Below, in pieces: positions 48,171 to 61,700 of a stretch of DNA of 64,000 nucleotides. The stretch comes from Patellaria atrata CBS 101060 (lineage: Eukaryota). Position 1 is the first letter of the stretch. Each line of letters opens with the position of its first letter. Location: assembly GCA_010093705.1 (NCBI GenBank), contig MU006121.1, positions 62,001 through 126,000 of the forward strand. The letters are read 5' to 3'. The translations under genes and the position numbers were made by a program. Under the pieces are notes generated by a model, which was not told the origin of the DNA, did no database searches, and saw only the letters and a program-made list of their open reading frames with translations.

Positions 48171-48633
48171 ATAGTTACCTTACATTTCAAAGGAGACGGG
48201 ACGCGTTTTTAAGTCTCCATATCCGGACCATACCTATGGATGGGTATTTCTTGCATACATGCCTTGCCGTATATCATCTGCGCAGTCTCATTATAGGAAA
48301 GATGACAGTCAAGCAGGGGGTGATCACTTTGCGAAGAGAGAACACCAGTAAGCAATCGTCTCACTTGAAGATGATTTCTTAAAGCAGACTCATATGAAAG
48401 ATGGGACTTGAAAAGGGTGATCAGACAAAGAATGGACCAAAGATCCAACTGGCTGGAGTTGTAAACTTGAGGAGACCTGACTATTCAGAGAGATTCCAGA
48501 AGTCTGGATTTGGGTATACAATGATCTGAAGATGTTTACTCCACAGAGTGGTATAGAGTACAGTATATTTTGTGACCATGAGATTTTCCTACGGAAGCTG
48601 ATCACCACACGACAGCACCATAACTTCGTACTT

Positions 48634-49210
48634 TTAGTCCTGATTTTGAGCTAGCTCCTCCATAGCTGTCACTGCATTCTGTAGTTCCCGTATCCTATGA
48701 CCTACCCTTTTTTTCACCTGTTCTGCGAGGTCTAAATCTGGGCCATCTACAATACTTTTATATGTGGACAGCAATTTTTCTAGCTCTTCTCTCGCAGCGG
48801 TGCGGTCGTCGGCCGCGTAGACAGTGTTATTTTCAGTTTCCTCGGCGGCAAATTCAAACTAGAGTCCTGTATCAGAATACTTCGCGTACTGCAAGACACC
48901 CGACTTATGAAATTTGATAGTTTGGACGGGAGGTTCGTACCTCATCCCTCGCTGTTGCGTAGAGCTCTTGTATCTGCTCAACAACGTCGTCTGCCGTAGT
49001 TTTGCTTGCAAACTGTCGTGAGAATCGGGGCAAATGAAATTGCCTTTGTTCCGGGTTTGGGTACCGATTACTTGTATAGAGAGGCGTCTGCAGTTCTAGT
49101 CCGGAAGCTCTTATTGCGGTGAAGCTACGGGCGGGAGACCTTGAGAGTGTACAAGCACAGGTGAAGGTTGGTTTGAGAGCAACTCTATATGCTGGACGAA
49201 TGAATGACAT
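48634..49210 (-). CDS. Hypothetical mitochondrial helical protein
   Basis: Arg/Ser-rich presequence-like N-terminus, then ADDVVEQIQELYATARDE|FEFAAEETENNTVYAADDRTAAREEL...VGHRIRELQNAV...QNQD*. One intron of about 80 nt. Confidence 0.78.
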
Positions 49211-49408
49211 GCTGGAGGTTTTCGAATGCGGTTTGATGAGCAGGTACTGGTTCTGGTACGGTATGTACAGTACGTAGGAGTTTTTGTTCAACTGAGGATG
49301 ACGCGCACGCGCGGATTTTGGAGGTTCTCACCCGCCGCACCTCCGCATGATTTGATTCTCATTTTCCATGCAATCTTCAACTTTACAACACACAACAAGC
49401 AACAAGCG

Positions 49409-50440
49409 ATGCTTGTTGCGATTTCCTTGCTGATTGCTTCGGTAACATTTCTGTGCTATAGACATCTGCCCCGAGTTTGGCTTCAACATACCGACAGAAC
49501 TCTCAGAACCCCGCGATCATCACCATCGGACGCGCACGGCCATAAATTACAACCAGATGAAAATACACAGCTGCGCCCAGCACAGGATGAAGCGTCTACG
49601 GGTATAGCAGCTTCTATAGCAGTAGACGAAGAAGCGTCACCGCATTCGACACCGAAAGCTGTTGCAAGAGACCTCATTAGCATCTCCGAAAATGTACTGG
49701 AACTACCATCTTTCTCATTGCAGTCCCATAATTCAGATGAAGAGGACGATAATCTTCCTCCGCCTTCATTTCCCGCTCCGAACTCTGCCCAACGAGCTTC
49801 TAGTAGAGCTATAGCAGCGCATTCTGCTACCAGCGTCGCAGTGTCGGATTTGACCACTCCATCATCTATGCGTCCACAAAGTCTGCTAGCTTTAACAATG
49901 GGACCGCCTCTGAGTTCGGCCTCAACGCTTCGTCAAGCAGCGGGAATGGCCTCCCTTCGTGTGCCAGCGTCATCCTCTGGACTACAGGTTCAAGCATCAC
50001 GATCAAACAGCCTTGCGCCACAAGGAGCAGTCCCTTCCCAAGTACTCAATCTTCGTGGTAAAGTTACACTTACACCAGGTCATTCGCCATTAGATTGGGC
50101 CAACCTGCAACGGTCGGGCAAGAATATGTCTGGCGTTACGTCTTTCATGCGTGTCACGCCGTCGATGTTGAAACAACATAACGGGCGGAAGGGTAGGCCT
50201 GCATGGTCATCCTGGCAGGGTAAGGTCTACAATATCACCCCCTATCTTCCCTATCATCCCGGTGGTGAAGGGGAATTGAGGCGGGCGGCAGGCAAGAATG
50301 GGGAGAAACTGTTTATGGAGGTTCACCCATGGGTGAACTGGGAGAACATGCTAGGTGAGTGTCTAGTTGGGATCATGGTTGGTGAGCATGAGAATCGGTC
50401 TGTCACAGCAATGGAGAGCAAACTGGACGAAATGGACTGA
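49409..50440 (+). CDS. Cytochrome b5-like heme/steroid-binding domain protein (Irc21-like)
   Basis: KVTLTPGHSPLDWA, GKVYNITPYLPYHPGG, FMEVHPWVN. N-terminal hydrophobic anchor. Confidence 0.85.
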   Translation: MLVAISLLIASVTFLCYRHLPRVWLQHTDRTLRTPRSSPSDAHGHKLQPDENTQLRPAQDEASTGIAASIAVDEEASPHSTPKAVARDLISISENVLELPSFSLQSHNSDEEDDNLPPPSFPAPNSAQRASSRAIAAHSATSVAVSDLTTPSSMRPQSLLALTMGPPLSSASTLRQAAGMASLRVPASSSGLQVQASRSNSLAPQGAVPSQVLNLRGKVTLTPGHSPLDWANLQRSGKNMSGVTSFMRVTPSMLKQHNGRKGRPAWSSWQGKVYNITPYLPYHPGGEGELRRAAGKNGEKLFMEVHPWVNWENMLGECLVGIMVGEHENRSVTAMESKLDEMD

Positions 50441-50832
50441 TAATCTCAATCGCGATTGTTGTTCATGTTCTCTTCCTAGGATAACTTTTTCAACGTGGAT
50501 ACATATACACTAATATATTATATGCTTCCGTAAAGGTATATGCCCACGTTAACCTGTAAGTCCTTTAGGTAAGGTAGGACGTGTCGGTTGGGTGTTTTGT
50601 ATGTACAGTACCTTTGTAACCTGGAATACCGTATCCATCCATTCCAGGTTATATCAAACTGTAAGGTAAAAGGTACACTCTTGGATTTGTATCAAACGTC
50701 CACGTGACCGTGTCGATTTGGTGTTCGTCTTTGGGCTCCGACACGTCTTCCCCCACTACTGACAAGATGAGAGAAAGGACATCATCTTCCCTTTACCACA
50801 TCACCTATTAACTTCTACTCTCCAACTTAGAT

Positions 50833-53562
50833 ATGTGGCTTCTAGAATGTGACGGCGACCTATTCGATCGTATGTTATATCCTATATACACCTAGCGATT
50901 CGTTAACCAGAGAGCAGGTAAGAGAATCTGGCTGCGGCCAGGCTCAGTCCATATTCTTGGTCGCACGAAGCCAGACTCTGGAGCAAGTCCCAGCGATAGT
51001 AAGTATATACTAAATACCATGATAATGAATTTTCTCCCCTTCTAACCTGGAGAACAGACGTTCACATATTAACGGGAAGGACTATCTCTCGTCAACATCT
51101 CATAATATCCGTCGATTACGTGGAACAAGACGAAGTACGCGCCCATTTCAATGTCTATCCTGATATTAGAAATACCAATTGATTTTCTCAGGACCCGACC
51201 CTCCCTACTTCGGTAGTAAGCGTCCGTGACAACGATACCAAATTTGGCACAATTCTTGATGAAGAGCAACTGGGGAAGAATAACACTCGTACACTCACAT
51301 CAGGGGAGCATACAATCAGATTAGGGAAAGATTCTACCATATTCAGGTAAGCTCAAAGGCGAAAGGGATAACATTGGTAGTTTTGTCTTGACATGTTGCA
51401 TTTAGGGTTTCGTGGCAACCGGTAGTACTTACTTTCGCCTCTGGAACCGAAACAAGGGCGCAACAACCGATCTTGAGGCAGGTTGACATAAGGACTTCTT
51501 TGGACTTTATCAAAAATCATACGACGCATGTAGTGTCGTCAAAGCGAAACGTTCCAAAGGTACTCCAAGCGTTGGTAAACGCTAAACCTTTGGTTACTCA
51601 AGCTTTTGTGGACGCAGTCATTAGAGCCTCCACGAAGGTCGATGATTCCGATCCAAATAGCCCTAGTACAGCACCCTTGGAAAATGACTTTGATTCTCAC
51701 TGGCCCAATGAACTTGACTATCTGCCTCCGTCTGGAAAGGAACCTAAACCTCGGCCCGCAGAAATGCTCAAACCTCTTGACCAAAGGGCCAAGGTATTTG
51801 CTGGATATACCTTTGTGTTTGGTGATCGGAATCAGTATGAAAATCTGGCAGAACCCATCAGTGATGGGGGCGGGAAGACTCTGTGCCATGAAGTTACCCC
51901 GGGAGAAACGAAATTTGAAGATTTCGTGCGTGTTGTCAAAGAAGCAGCGGGTGAAAAAGGGCTGGGGGAATTCGAGGATGGCAGTGAAGGTAAAGGTGTA
52001 GTTGTCGTGCGCATTGGCACTCGGCGTAATTTTGAAGAATGGACCGGTCATTTTCTGCAACAGGTTGATTTGCTCCTTGGACAAAGGTCAATCTTACAAA
52101 ATGAGTTCTTAGATGCCATACTCCTGAATGATGCTTCGGGGTTGCGAGTGCCGCTTCACGAAGAGATAGAGGTTACCTCAAGTCAACCGCAGCCCCTACC
52201 ATCTACAGCTCGTAAGTGCGAGTTATACTCCCAACCTATAATCAAGTCTAACTCGAAGAAGCTTCCGCGGTCCAAGCCTCCCGTCTGGAAGCAGACGGTA
52301 ATACAACAATTGGCCCTCCAATTCCATCAACCAAGACTCGGAAGCCACCTCGAACGAGATATAAGTCAAAGTTCAGAGGCTTTGAAGGTTTCGACGACGA
52401 AAGCGTTGTCCAGAGCTCGTGTTATTCACCGGAAGCGGCTAGCAGGAACCAACCTTCAAAATCCATCGATTCAGAGATCATTCTCGAATCGCAGTCGCAG
52501 TATCCTTCTCAACTTCGAACCCAGACTCAAGTCGACACCCTGAATGCTCGAAAACGCTGCTCACCACCTTCGGAAGATGAGGTTGAAAATGAGAGAGATG
52601 TCATCGATGGACTCCTTCAGGGCGCTGCGACGATGAAAAGACGTCGTTTGGAAAGAGGTAAAATTTCAAATAATGAGGACCACATAATAAAGTTAACGGA
52701 AGAGAATGGTAACCTTGGGTTACCTAAACTCATCAATCCACGTAAATTGCCGCCCGAAGTGAATGTTCTTGAGCTCGCACAGAAGCGTCGCGAGGAGGAG
52801 GAAGAGGCCGCACGCCGAGATGCGGAGACGCTGCGCAATGCAATGGAGGGAATGGATATTGAGCAGATGAAAAACTTGGCTCAGGTAGTAGAAATGGACA
52901 TCATACCTCGTTCCGATTTTCCTGCGTTTGGAGATCAAGAAGGCACAGGGTGCTGGGACGAACGATGGAATGGGCGTAAGAATTTCAAGAAGTTTAGGCG
53001 TAGAGGAGATACTCGAACATTGCCGAGAAGACCAATCCTTGTGGAACTAGAGGAGGTGGGGAAAAAGGGGTTTGGAATCGGGGACGAATACTGGCTTGAT
53101 AATAGCAGGAGTGGAATGAAGGACAAGAGTTTCGCGGTCGGAAGCAGTAGAGAAGCTAGCGAGTCGCAGCGACAAGACGAGATGGAAGCCGACACGTCGT
53201 TCAGACTTTCCGCACGGGTTAGAGGGGCCAGAAGGAAACAATCATCGCCCCAAGCTGAGGGCGTTGAAGTTGACGAACTTATAACACCGGCTCGTGACCA
53301 GACTTTGGAAGTTCGGGCGAAACAGAATTCAGGTACACAACAGTCTCAAGCCAGCCCAACGCAGACAATGAGATCAGAGACACAGAGGGCAACGCTCAGA
53401 GCTCAGAATGAACAATTAGAGAAAGCAATGACGGCGAAGGGGAAGAGAGTTGCAAGGGAACATGCACCGATGACTCCACCGCCGAACAAGCAAAGGCGGA
53501 TTCTGGAGCCGGATGAAAGCGAAGATGACTTGAAGTTCCGATTTAGAAGACGAAGAAACTAG
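50833..53562 (+). CDS. NBS1: Nibrin (Nbs1/Xrs2), MRN complex subunit
   Basis: FHA (MWLLE...LGRT...TISRQH...TKFGT), tandem BRCT region (TTHVVSSKRNVPKVLQALV), Mre11-binding NFKKFRR and a C-terminal acidic + FxF Tel1/ATM motif (ESEDDLKFRF). Five introns. Confidence 0.92.
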
Positions 53563-54230
53563 TTAGGGAAAGAGATATTGAATATTATACTGCATGATCC
53601 GCGAAACATTTCATACATACTTGAGATTAAGTATCGCGAAGTGAAATTGTAGGTTCGAAATGTAGCGTGTCAGGCTAGGTTGTGGATGAAAGGTAGAGCA
53701 GGAGATATAGAACGATAGGCGGATGAATTCAGGACAAGTTAGTGAGCCCCGACAGACGTAACTCTGGTGTAGCAGTTATTGAAGCTGTAGCGTATCTTTA
53801 TGGTGCTTCGCTTTAGAAAGCTTAAGCTATAGCAGCGAGGGTCAAACTGAGATATCTTTATCTTTATCAAAGTATTAAGCTGGTCTCCAGACCACGGATT
53901 CTCCTGTGAAGAGTGCCCCTTAATGGGTGCAAGTGCGGCCAAACGAGTGTTGAGGGTAAAAAGAGCGCTTCGAATGACGGCTATGTGTGGGAACGAACTG
54001 GAACAAAAGAGTGTATATCCATTCAAGGCTGTGGGTGTAGCAAATCGGTTATAATACAGTCAATCCAAGCCCACTACTTCATGATAAGCATAAGTCGTAT
54101 GCATATGTCAGTACCTTATACCGTAGCAAACTGTCATCAATTCTTCATGTTCTGTCATTTACAATTCATTTCAAAATCCTCTCTTTCAGCTCGAGTGGGC
54201 CCCTCCGACCCAACATCTCAATCTTGGTTT

Positions 54231-54694
54231 TTACAATTCATCCTTTGAAACGCCATGTATTTCTACCAACTCGGTTTCGAAAACTACAAACAGTCATATT
54301 AGCTCAGGTTGTTGACCAAGAGGGGATGAAAAGAATCTGACGTACTAAGCACGCTGTCGGCAGGGATTGGACCCATATCTCTAGACCCATATCCATACTC
54401 GGGTTGGATGGTCAATTTCCTCTTCTCACCAGGACACATGTCCAACAGTCCCTGATCCCATCCCTTGATCACCTGCCCATTACCGACGATGAAGGTAAAC
54501 GGCTGGCCCCGGTTGTACGATGCGTCGAACTCGCTGCCGTCGGATTCGAGAGTGCCACGGTAGTGCACGTCGACGCGGTCGCCTGCTTTGGTCTTGCGGG
54601 AGCACTCGACTTTGTGAGTAACCTCGATATTGAGAGGTTTGTCGAGCGCAAAGGCGAGGGGTAAGAGTGGCAGGATGGAGAGGAGGAAACGCAT
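54231..54694 (-). CDS. FPR2: ER FKBP-type peptidyl-prolyl isomerase (FKBP2)
   Basis: Signal peptide, VHYRGTL...FDASY...[11 protein letters not shown]...YGYG...IPADSVL, second exon [16 protein letters not shown]. Confidence 0.93.
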
Positions 54695-55263
54695 AGTTGC
54701 TCAGGTCTTTTTGAATTTGCGTGGCCTTGTTTTCCGGTGAAAGCAGGTAGAAGTAATTCTAGTCAATGGCTACGTTTGATAGAGAAAAGTAATCGAATCT
54801 GTGTGTTGAAGCGACGTTGCATCTGCGTGACGTCTACTTAAATAAAAGTATAGTACTGTAATAATGTACCTTACTGTACGCTACTCTGTAATAAACTTGT
54901 GATGCGGTTAAATCCAGGATGTGGGCTTCACGCTAATCTAATTCAACACAATCATTTTTCGTACAGTAACTAGTTTCGATTTCAAACATCCTTACCTTAC
55001 CACCTCATGAGAAAGTGTCCCAACTCTAGGCTTCTTTATTGATTACCTTAAGTACAGCTTGCTTTCATACCTTAGAACCGGTGCGTGCTTGTAACCTCAG
55101 TAGAACTAGGGACAAGAGATGGACCGGCGCTTAAAGAACTCAACACTAGGGTCAAGAAGACCATCATCATATATATAGTTGCATGGATGGACTGAAGGCC
55201 AAAACAAACACTATGACCACAAACTCGAGAGATGGTCCAGAAGTACTCTGATTACCTTGGCTG

Positions 55264-57295
55264 CTAAGCAAAGAATCTCTTCTTTACGCCCTCCTCTCCA
55301 TCCATATTGTTGTTATTATAATTCTCTCGAGGCCTCGCCCTCTTCTTAGCCTGTACCAACGGTTTCCGCGAGGTAGACAGACCCGCCCATTTAGATTTGG
55401 GAGTGTCTGAAACAGACGGCAAATCTTTCCCTGTATCAGCGCCCCTAGCCACATCTCTGATTGTCTGCTTGGAAAGACAGAAATCAATATGTGCATTGAA
55501 GGTCGCATCATCTGCAGGTTGAGGGCGCGAGCAAACTGGGCATTCGAAGAAGTCGCCGCCGCTCTCTCTCTCGTTTGAGCCCGACGAAGGGGAAGCTAGA
55601 CGAGGCCAATAGCGTTGTCTGCCACTCTCAACTTCATTACTTTCGGATATGTGTTGGTCAATAACATCGTCGGGTTGATCACAGTTTTCTTGACTCAGAG
55701 ATTCCGTCTCGTTCATATCATCTATCTTTTCTTGACGTTCGGCAGCCTCAAACTCCTGCTCTGGCCAAACCTCCCATTCGTCGTCACTAGACGGTTTGTT
55801 TTGACTAGGAGTCAGATTTGAGCAGACAATGCGGCGATTTGCGCCGAAGAAGTCGATTCCACCTTTTTTAGTGCTAACAAGGTGCGTGACACGCAAACCC
55901 ATAAGTCGAAGTTTCATGTTTGGTATTTCTTTCTCCAGTTTTGTCAGCATTGGTAAGGCATATTTGTAGAGATCGTTAGCTATCTGGACAGCCTTGGGAG
56001 GCGCCACTTGGCGCGTCAGGACCTCGTACGTGTGAAGTTTAATCTTCAGGACAAGCGTACGGCCTTTGAACTGTGTCCGTTCAAGATCGCCTTCCAGCTC
56101 CTCTGCAGTGCGTCGAAGCTTCGAGCGTAGTTCTGCTGGATCGCTCATATCGCGAAATGTGCTCTCGGTTCCCACGCTCTTCCGTTCGTATTCTTGTGCT
56201 GGCTGAATTTTGGTGCGTCCTAGTCCGAGGTAGCAGGATATGAGGAATTGAAAGGCCTTGATGCCGAAGAGCTTGCTAAGAGTAGCTCTATGAGTATAGA
56301 TGTCTCCACAGGTTTTGATTCCTACAGCATCAAGTTCCCTTTCGAAGACGCGACCCACGCCATTGACCTTTCTGGTGGGGAGGTTACGCATGAACTCCAT
56401 AATGGTGAGTCTATCTGAGGGGATGACAAACTGACCATTAGGTTTGTTCTTGTTGGATGCAATCTTTGCCAATTTCGCATTCGCCGCTATTCCAGCGGAA
56501 ACTGTGATCTTAGTCTTCTCATAAACTTCTCTTCGAAGTTGCTGGACAGCATCCTCCGGGGTCATTCCGTGGATCTTACAGTACTCGGTGATGTTCAGAT
56601 ATGCCTCATCGATGCTGGCACTTTCAAATCGAGGGTCGTAGTCTGCGAGGATATCTCGTACTTCTTCCGCTTTGGCAGAATACTTGTCGAAATTCAGAGG
56701 TAAGCAAACAAGTTGAGGGCATAGTTTCAAAGCCACGAAGCTCGCCATTCCACTTCTACATCCGAACTTCCTCGCATGGTAATTACACGTCGTCAAAACT
56801 CCCTTCCCCACGGCAAACGGTACATTTTTCAGTTCCGGCCGATCCAGTTCTTCCACAGCTGCATAGAAGGCGTCACAATCGATGTGGACGACGACTTGGG
56901 AGAGGTCACGGGAGAGTTCAAGCTCGGCGATGTATTCATCTGCACGGCGGCAATGATGGGAAAGGTCGAGACGCTCTAGCTCCCGCTTTTTCGCTAAGAT
57001 ACGGGATACCTTCTCTGTGAGCACGCGATCTCGAGCTTCTTCATTATTGAAGAACTTAGAGCCTTTGGAGGCATTATATATGATATCTGAGACCTGTGTG
57101 AAGATAATAGTCAGAAGAAAGCGCTTGGTTCAACCATGTGTGCTTCAGAGAAGGAAGAATAACCTTTTGTTGATCAACGTTGTCCTGCCCCGACTTGGTC
57201 AAGGAGGGGCCAAGGAGTTGATATTTCAGGGTATGATGCTGGCTTGCTGCAGGATCTTCCGAGCTCTCTGGATGAGACTCAGTCTCTGATGGCAT
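55264..57295 (-). CDS. POLK: DNA polymerase kappa (Y-family, DinB-like)
   Basis: LLGPSLTKSGQDNVDQQK|VSDIIYNASKGSKFF N-clasp, HIDCDAFYAAVE, SIDEAYL, ERKSVGTESTF, UBZ CPVC...HIDFC, terminal FF. Intron ~57163-57093. Confidence 0.94.
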
Positions 57296-57460
57296 GATGT
57301 GTAAGTGTACTTGAAGGGTTTCGCCATTAACATCCTCGCAGAAGGGTGGTTCGGATCTTTCAGTATCTATGAGGAGTTGAGGAGTGACGGGAGGTGTAAA
57401 GTTAAGGGCGGGTTGACGTGTACCTACGCGTATCCCGGGCCTGCGCATAAGTAGAAACCA

Positions 57461-57537
57461 TACTGTAACTTACCGTAACTTGCTGTAACTTGCTGTAACT
57501 TGCTGTAACTTACTGTAACTTACTGTAACTTACTGTA
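57461..57537. repeat. 10-bp minisatellite (TRCTGTAACT) x ~7.7
   Basis: tactgtaact taccgtaact tgctgtaact x3 tactgtaact x2 tactgta, in the divergent intergenic region. Confidence 0.92.
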
Positions 57538-57973
57538 TCCATATACTGTACTGGAATCCCCTTTTCGTACGGTAATGTTTGTCTTGAACTCTGATTCCAC
57601 ACTACCGTACCGTACATCTCTATTTCTCACCACGTTATATGGATTAATATTACTCTTCTCAACTTCTATCACATATGAATGTAGAATGAAAGTAGAGGTG
57701 CTTCTTGTTTATGTGATCCTCGAAGGTTTTGCCACAACGAGCTTAGTGCACCTTGGAGAAGCATGGCCAAGGGCCCCTCGTCAATAATGTTCGAGTTCCA
57801 ATGTTTTGATTTTTGATTCAACATTAACGACTATAGGAGGAAAACTCCATTGATGCCTTAACAACCTTGAGAATGCACTTGTGCCCTCTTCCAAAGCTCC
57901 TCCGCAAATAATGTCCCACCGGCCACTTGCTACACCCAGATTTCATCACTGAATTCCTCTGGACCATGCCAAT

Positions 57974-59983
57974 ATGCCCGCCGACCGTTACAACAACATC
58001 GCCAACTCCACCCGGCCATTAATGCCCTCTCTTGCCTCGAACCGGACGGCAAAAACTCCGATCGCACCGCGGCTAGCCACCTCGATCACACCCTCGAGCT
58101 CCACTTCTTCCCGACGGACATTGTATGATAGCGGAGCCAGTACGGGTGCAAATACGACACCCAAGAGCGTCTCAAGAGAAGATCTCTCTACCCCGGTGAA
58201 GGCATTCATAAGTTCCAATATAACTCCACGATCTTCTTCCAGGAAGTCTCGTGTTGATAGCAGGGAGTCTACACCATCTGGAACCCCTTCAGGGACACCA
58301 ACCCCGTCAAGACCGGCTTCGTTTATAGACACCCAAGCCGCATACGAAAGTCATGCTGCCCTAAGCGGGTTGGGTTTAAGTAATGTGCCGGTTAAGGGAC
58401 CTAAAAGCCTAACAAATGGAACGACTGTCAGCCATGTACCTTCAAGTACGAGAGTACTGCCAAATTCAACGCACACAGCTGTTTGTTCGGACACCGCTAC
58501 AAGAGAAGATCCCCAAAAGTTCTTTCATGCAAATTCAGTCAGATTACAAGAGCCTTCCCAAGGCCAGAAAAAAGTTCCCACGTTCTTTTATGCAAATGGC
58601 CAATCTGAAACCAAACCTCGTATCCTATCTGTACCTTCACCACCACTATCTTCAACATCGCAGGGTCCCTTCCTTCATACCGATGATGTACCGGAAGAAA
58701 GGAAACCGGTGTCCTCCATATTGACCGGGTCGCCAGAATCATCGCTCTCTATGAGCTCACATCCTCTCTCACCTGCATTTAGACCTCCTTCCCCGGCAAA
58801 GGAGAACATACTTCTTTCGGACCGCAAAGGAGCGTCGCAAGTCATACGGTCTCATCAGCATCGACCCTCGGCAGTTCACATGATATCGGGTCGCCTGCAT
58901 ACTATGAGTACCACGGAAACAGATACGGTTCAGAGAAATACCAGTATAGCTTCTGCAACCAAGCCACGAAGAGGAAATCATGCGAAAAGTGCAAGCTTAT
59001 CCTCTATTGACTCAACGCCACGAAAACACTATCATCGAAGTATAGAAAACTCATCAAATTCCGCGACAACACCATTACAGACGAGACTACAGGCTTCTCC
59101 ATCTAGCGCATCCGCAACCTCCCCCTCGGATATTCTACCAACCGCTCCATCCATCTCCGTCCCACAAAGCCCTACGAAACCTACTCTTCAGCAACAAAAT
59201 ATTCACCAACTCAACGAACTCGCAGCTAATGCCCGGCGCGAACGCAAGGTTTTGGATCTTGAAATCAGCAACTCGAGCCTTTTAGCTATCAATCGGCAGC
59301 TCGAGCGTGAAGTGAGGAAACAGAAAGCAGAGTTACGGAGGTATCGTCGCCTCAGCCGTGCTGGCAGGTTGTCTAACAGCACTATACGAGACTCCTTCGA
59401 CGGTAACCTTGCGGATAGCGGGTTGTATGATATGCCTGAGGAGGATGAGGAAGATGAGGAAGACGACTTAATGTCTTCGTCCGAAGACTCCGTTGACGAG
59501 GCTGCCATGTCCCCAGCCGCACTCGCCGATCTAGACGCTAAACATATACAGAAAGACGAGAGGAGATTGCAACTAGATTTAGCCAAACATAGGGAACTGT
59601 TACTTGATAGCCAAAAGATCAACCAAAGCTTGAAGAGGTGTTTGCTGAGTACCGAGGAGATGATTAAGGAAGGAAAGCGGGCGTTAGAACATAGAGTCCG
59701 CGTCGACGAAGTTAAGTTAGGAGGACGGATCTTGACAGCGGAAGAGAGGGAAGATGAAGCGAGAGAAGGCCTTGAGGAAGAGCCAGTCGTGAGTCCCGGT
59801 GGGACTCTTCTTAGTTCTTGGATACCGAAACCTGGCAGGCTAAGTATGGAGAGTGAGAGGACGGACGGTGACAGCGGTGTCGATGTTGCTAGCGGAGCGC
59901 AGAGCGTAGGAGACGAAATTTCCACAATCTGCATGCACGTAGCAGCAAGGAGCACGGTCGATCTCCTAGGTGATACATTCTAA
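57974..59983 (+). CDS. Conserved fungal hypothetical protein (S/T/P-rich with a C-terminal coiled coil)
   Basis: 669-aa single ORF with conserved-looking blocks KFFHA, FFYANG and AANARRERKVLDLEISNSSLLAINRQLERE. Confidence 0.8.
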   Translation: MPADRYNNIANSTRPLMPSLASNRTAKTPIAPRLATSITPSSSTSSRRTLYDSGASTGANTTPKSVSREDLSTPVKAFISSNITPRSSSRKSRVDSRESTPSGTPSGTPTPSRPASFIDTQAAYESHAALSGLGLSNVPVKGPKSLTNGTTVSHVPSSTRVLPNSTHTAVCSDTATREDPQKFFHANSVRLQEPSQGQKKVPTFFYANGQSETKPRILSVPSPPLSSTSQGPFLHTDDVPEERKPVSSILTGSPESSLSMSSHPLSPAFRPPSPAKENILLSDRKGASQVIRSHQHRPSAVHMISGRLHTMSTTETDTVQRNTSIASATKPRRGNHAKSASLSSIDSTPRKHYHRSIENSSNSATTPLQTRLQASPSSASATSPSDILPTAPSISVPQSPTKPTLQQQNIHQLNELAANARRERKVLDLEISNSSLLAINRQLEREVRKQKAELRRYRRLSRAGRLSNSTIRDSFDGNLADSGLYDMPEEDEEDEEDDLMSSSEDSVDEAAMSPAALADLDAKHIQKDERRLQLDLAKHRELLLDSQKINQSLKRCLLSTEEMIKEGKRALEHRVRVDEVKLGGRILTAEEREDEAREGLEEEPVVSPGGTLLSSWIPKPGRLSMESERTDGDSGVDVASGAQSVGDEISTICMHVAARSTVDLLGDTF

Positions 59984-61700
59984 TCTTTGTGACTCGCAAC
60001 TCACGATACCGTCTTTGTACTTGTGTGGTACGACACATGGCATCCTATTGCATACGGTGGATAGCGTGGCCTTCCCACAGCCACACGTCTGACTTCATCA
60101 GGTGCTAGCGTTCGATACAGTAAAGGAAATTAAATTACTGAAAGAGTATTGGATACACACACAAAACAAAGGAGCGCTATTCACCGTACGCAACATGATG
60201 CTGTAGGTCTCTACACCGTGGAACTCTGGGATTTCGATAGCTCTGCTGTACCCGGTCGGCAGGGCATTTTGGAATACTGGATCGCACCAACTGGGTTAAT
60301 TCCTTTTCATTTGTAGAATGTGATGCAGATGGCGTTCCGGAAAGAATAGTATGGTCGAATTTGTCGCTTTTTACTTTTGATACCCAAGGAGAGCTCCTAT
60401 CCGCTCATCGCTAGCTTAGTTCTGACATGTAGGAAATAGTCTTGAAATATCTTGATATCGTAGACTCTTTATATACGAGCCATGCGTCTGTCTCGTCCAT
60501 CCGTTCGCCTTCCTGACCTCTCGTCTTCATCTATCGTCAGACGTCCGTACAAAAATGGTTGGTATTTCTTGACTGTACTATCAGTCATTTATCGTGAGTG
60601 GGAGCTTTAAATTCTCTAAACTTGCATATATCAAATAACCATATAATGATATTACCTTCTAGGACCATTACGACCATTACTATCAGGCACAAGAGCATAC
60701 TTGGTCCCCAATACCCCATCAGCTATCTTATCTTACTTCACCCAAACTAGACAACCTCCGACCTCGAATGTAAGGTGATAAAAGTCACTACAAGAATAGA
60801 CGAAGCTCATATAAGATTTACATAAATGTACATGACTGGTAACGACGTGTTTCATATTTGCGCACTCGATTTCAGGGTTTTCCTTAACCCTCACTCTTCA
60901 ATAAGATCTCTAGCCTTGTATTTCCTTCTGGTTTTGTATTCCTCTACTTGAGTCTTTGCTACCTAGTTAAAATCCGGTTCCCTCAAAATACTTTTACATC
61001 GAGCGAAAGGATTACGTGAAAGCTTTCCCCCAGGGGAAGTATATGTCTCAACCTTCTCAAGTTATGGGGGGTTTCATCTAATATTTCGGTTCCCAGATGT
61101 TTGGTGCTCCTACGACCTAACGACATGCATATAAGATGCAGTAAGCCTTCGACCGTCTCTTTCGTTGTCCCTTGTCTTCTTTAAGTTTGGCTCATGTAAC
61201 TGAGAGATACAATGTCTAGCTTGTCTTGGTATATTGGAGCATTTACTTGCACCTGAAGCTCTAATCAACCGTAATCACGTCGTGAAAGGCGAAATGCCTT
61301 AAAGTGGGAAGAGAGGTGAAAACGAAACGGACATAAAATACAGATATACCCTACTCCCTACAATTTGAGTCGCATTACATTTAGTAAAAGTAAACGTACG
61401 TGATCATCCTGCTTTCCTATTTCATGCCCCCTCGTAATTATCAGGAGCCTTCCCACATCGTCTCCCTGTCCTTTTGGTGAGTGGTATCTAGCGTCGCCAG
61501 CTCAGGACAAGCCTGCTTACGGTAAAGTTGCAGTATTCGAAGAGTATATCAAAGGGAAGAGGTCGGCATCTTAAGAAAAGAGTAGTGGTGTAAGTCATCA
61601 TCACTACACTAGTTGAATCAGGTATAGCTCTAATCCAACGTGTCAAATATGTTGTGTATAACTGGCTGAAGCTAGGTAATGATCACAACTATGTGAAGTC

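Noticed and set aside
52212..52633. Apparent frameshift in NBS1
   Set aside because: Resolved by the intron at 52212-52261, which restores SKFRGFEGFDDE.
54159..54241. Second TTACAATTCAT copy downstream of the FPR2 KDEL stop
   Set aside because: Only 11 bp, preceded by an in-frame stop, and probably chance.
57461..57537. CRISPR-like array
   Set aside because: No spacers, eukaryotic context, simple minisatellite.
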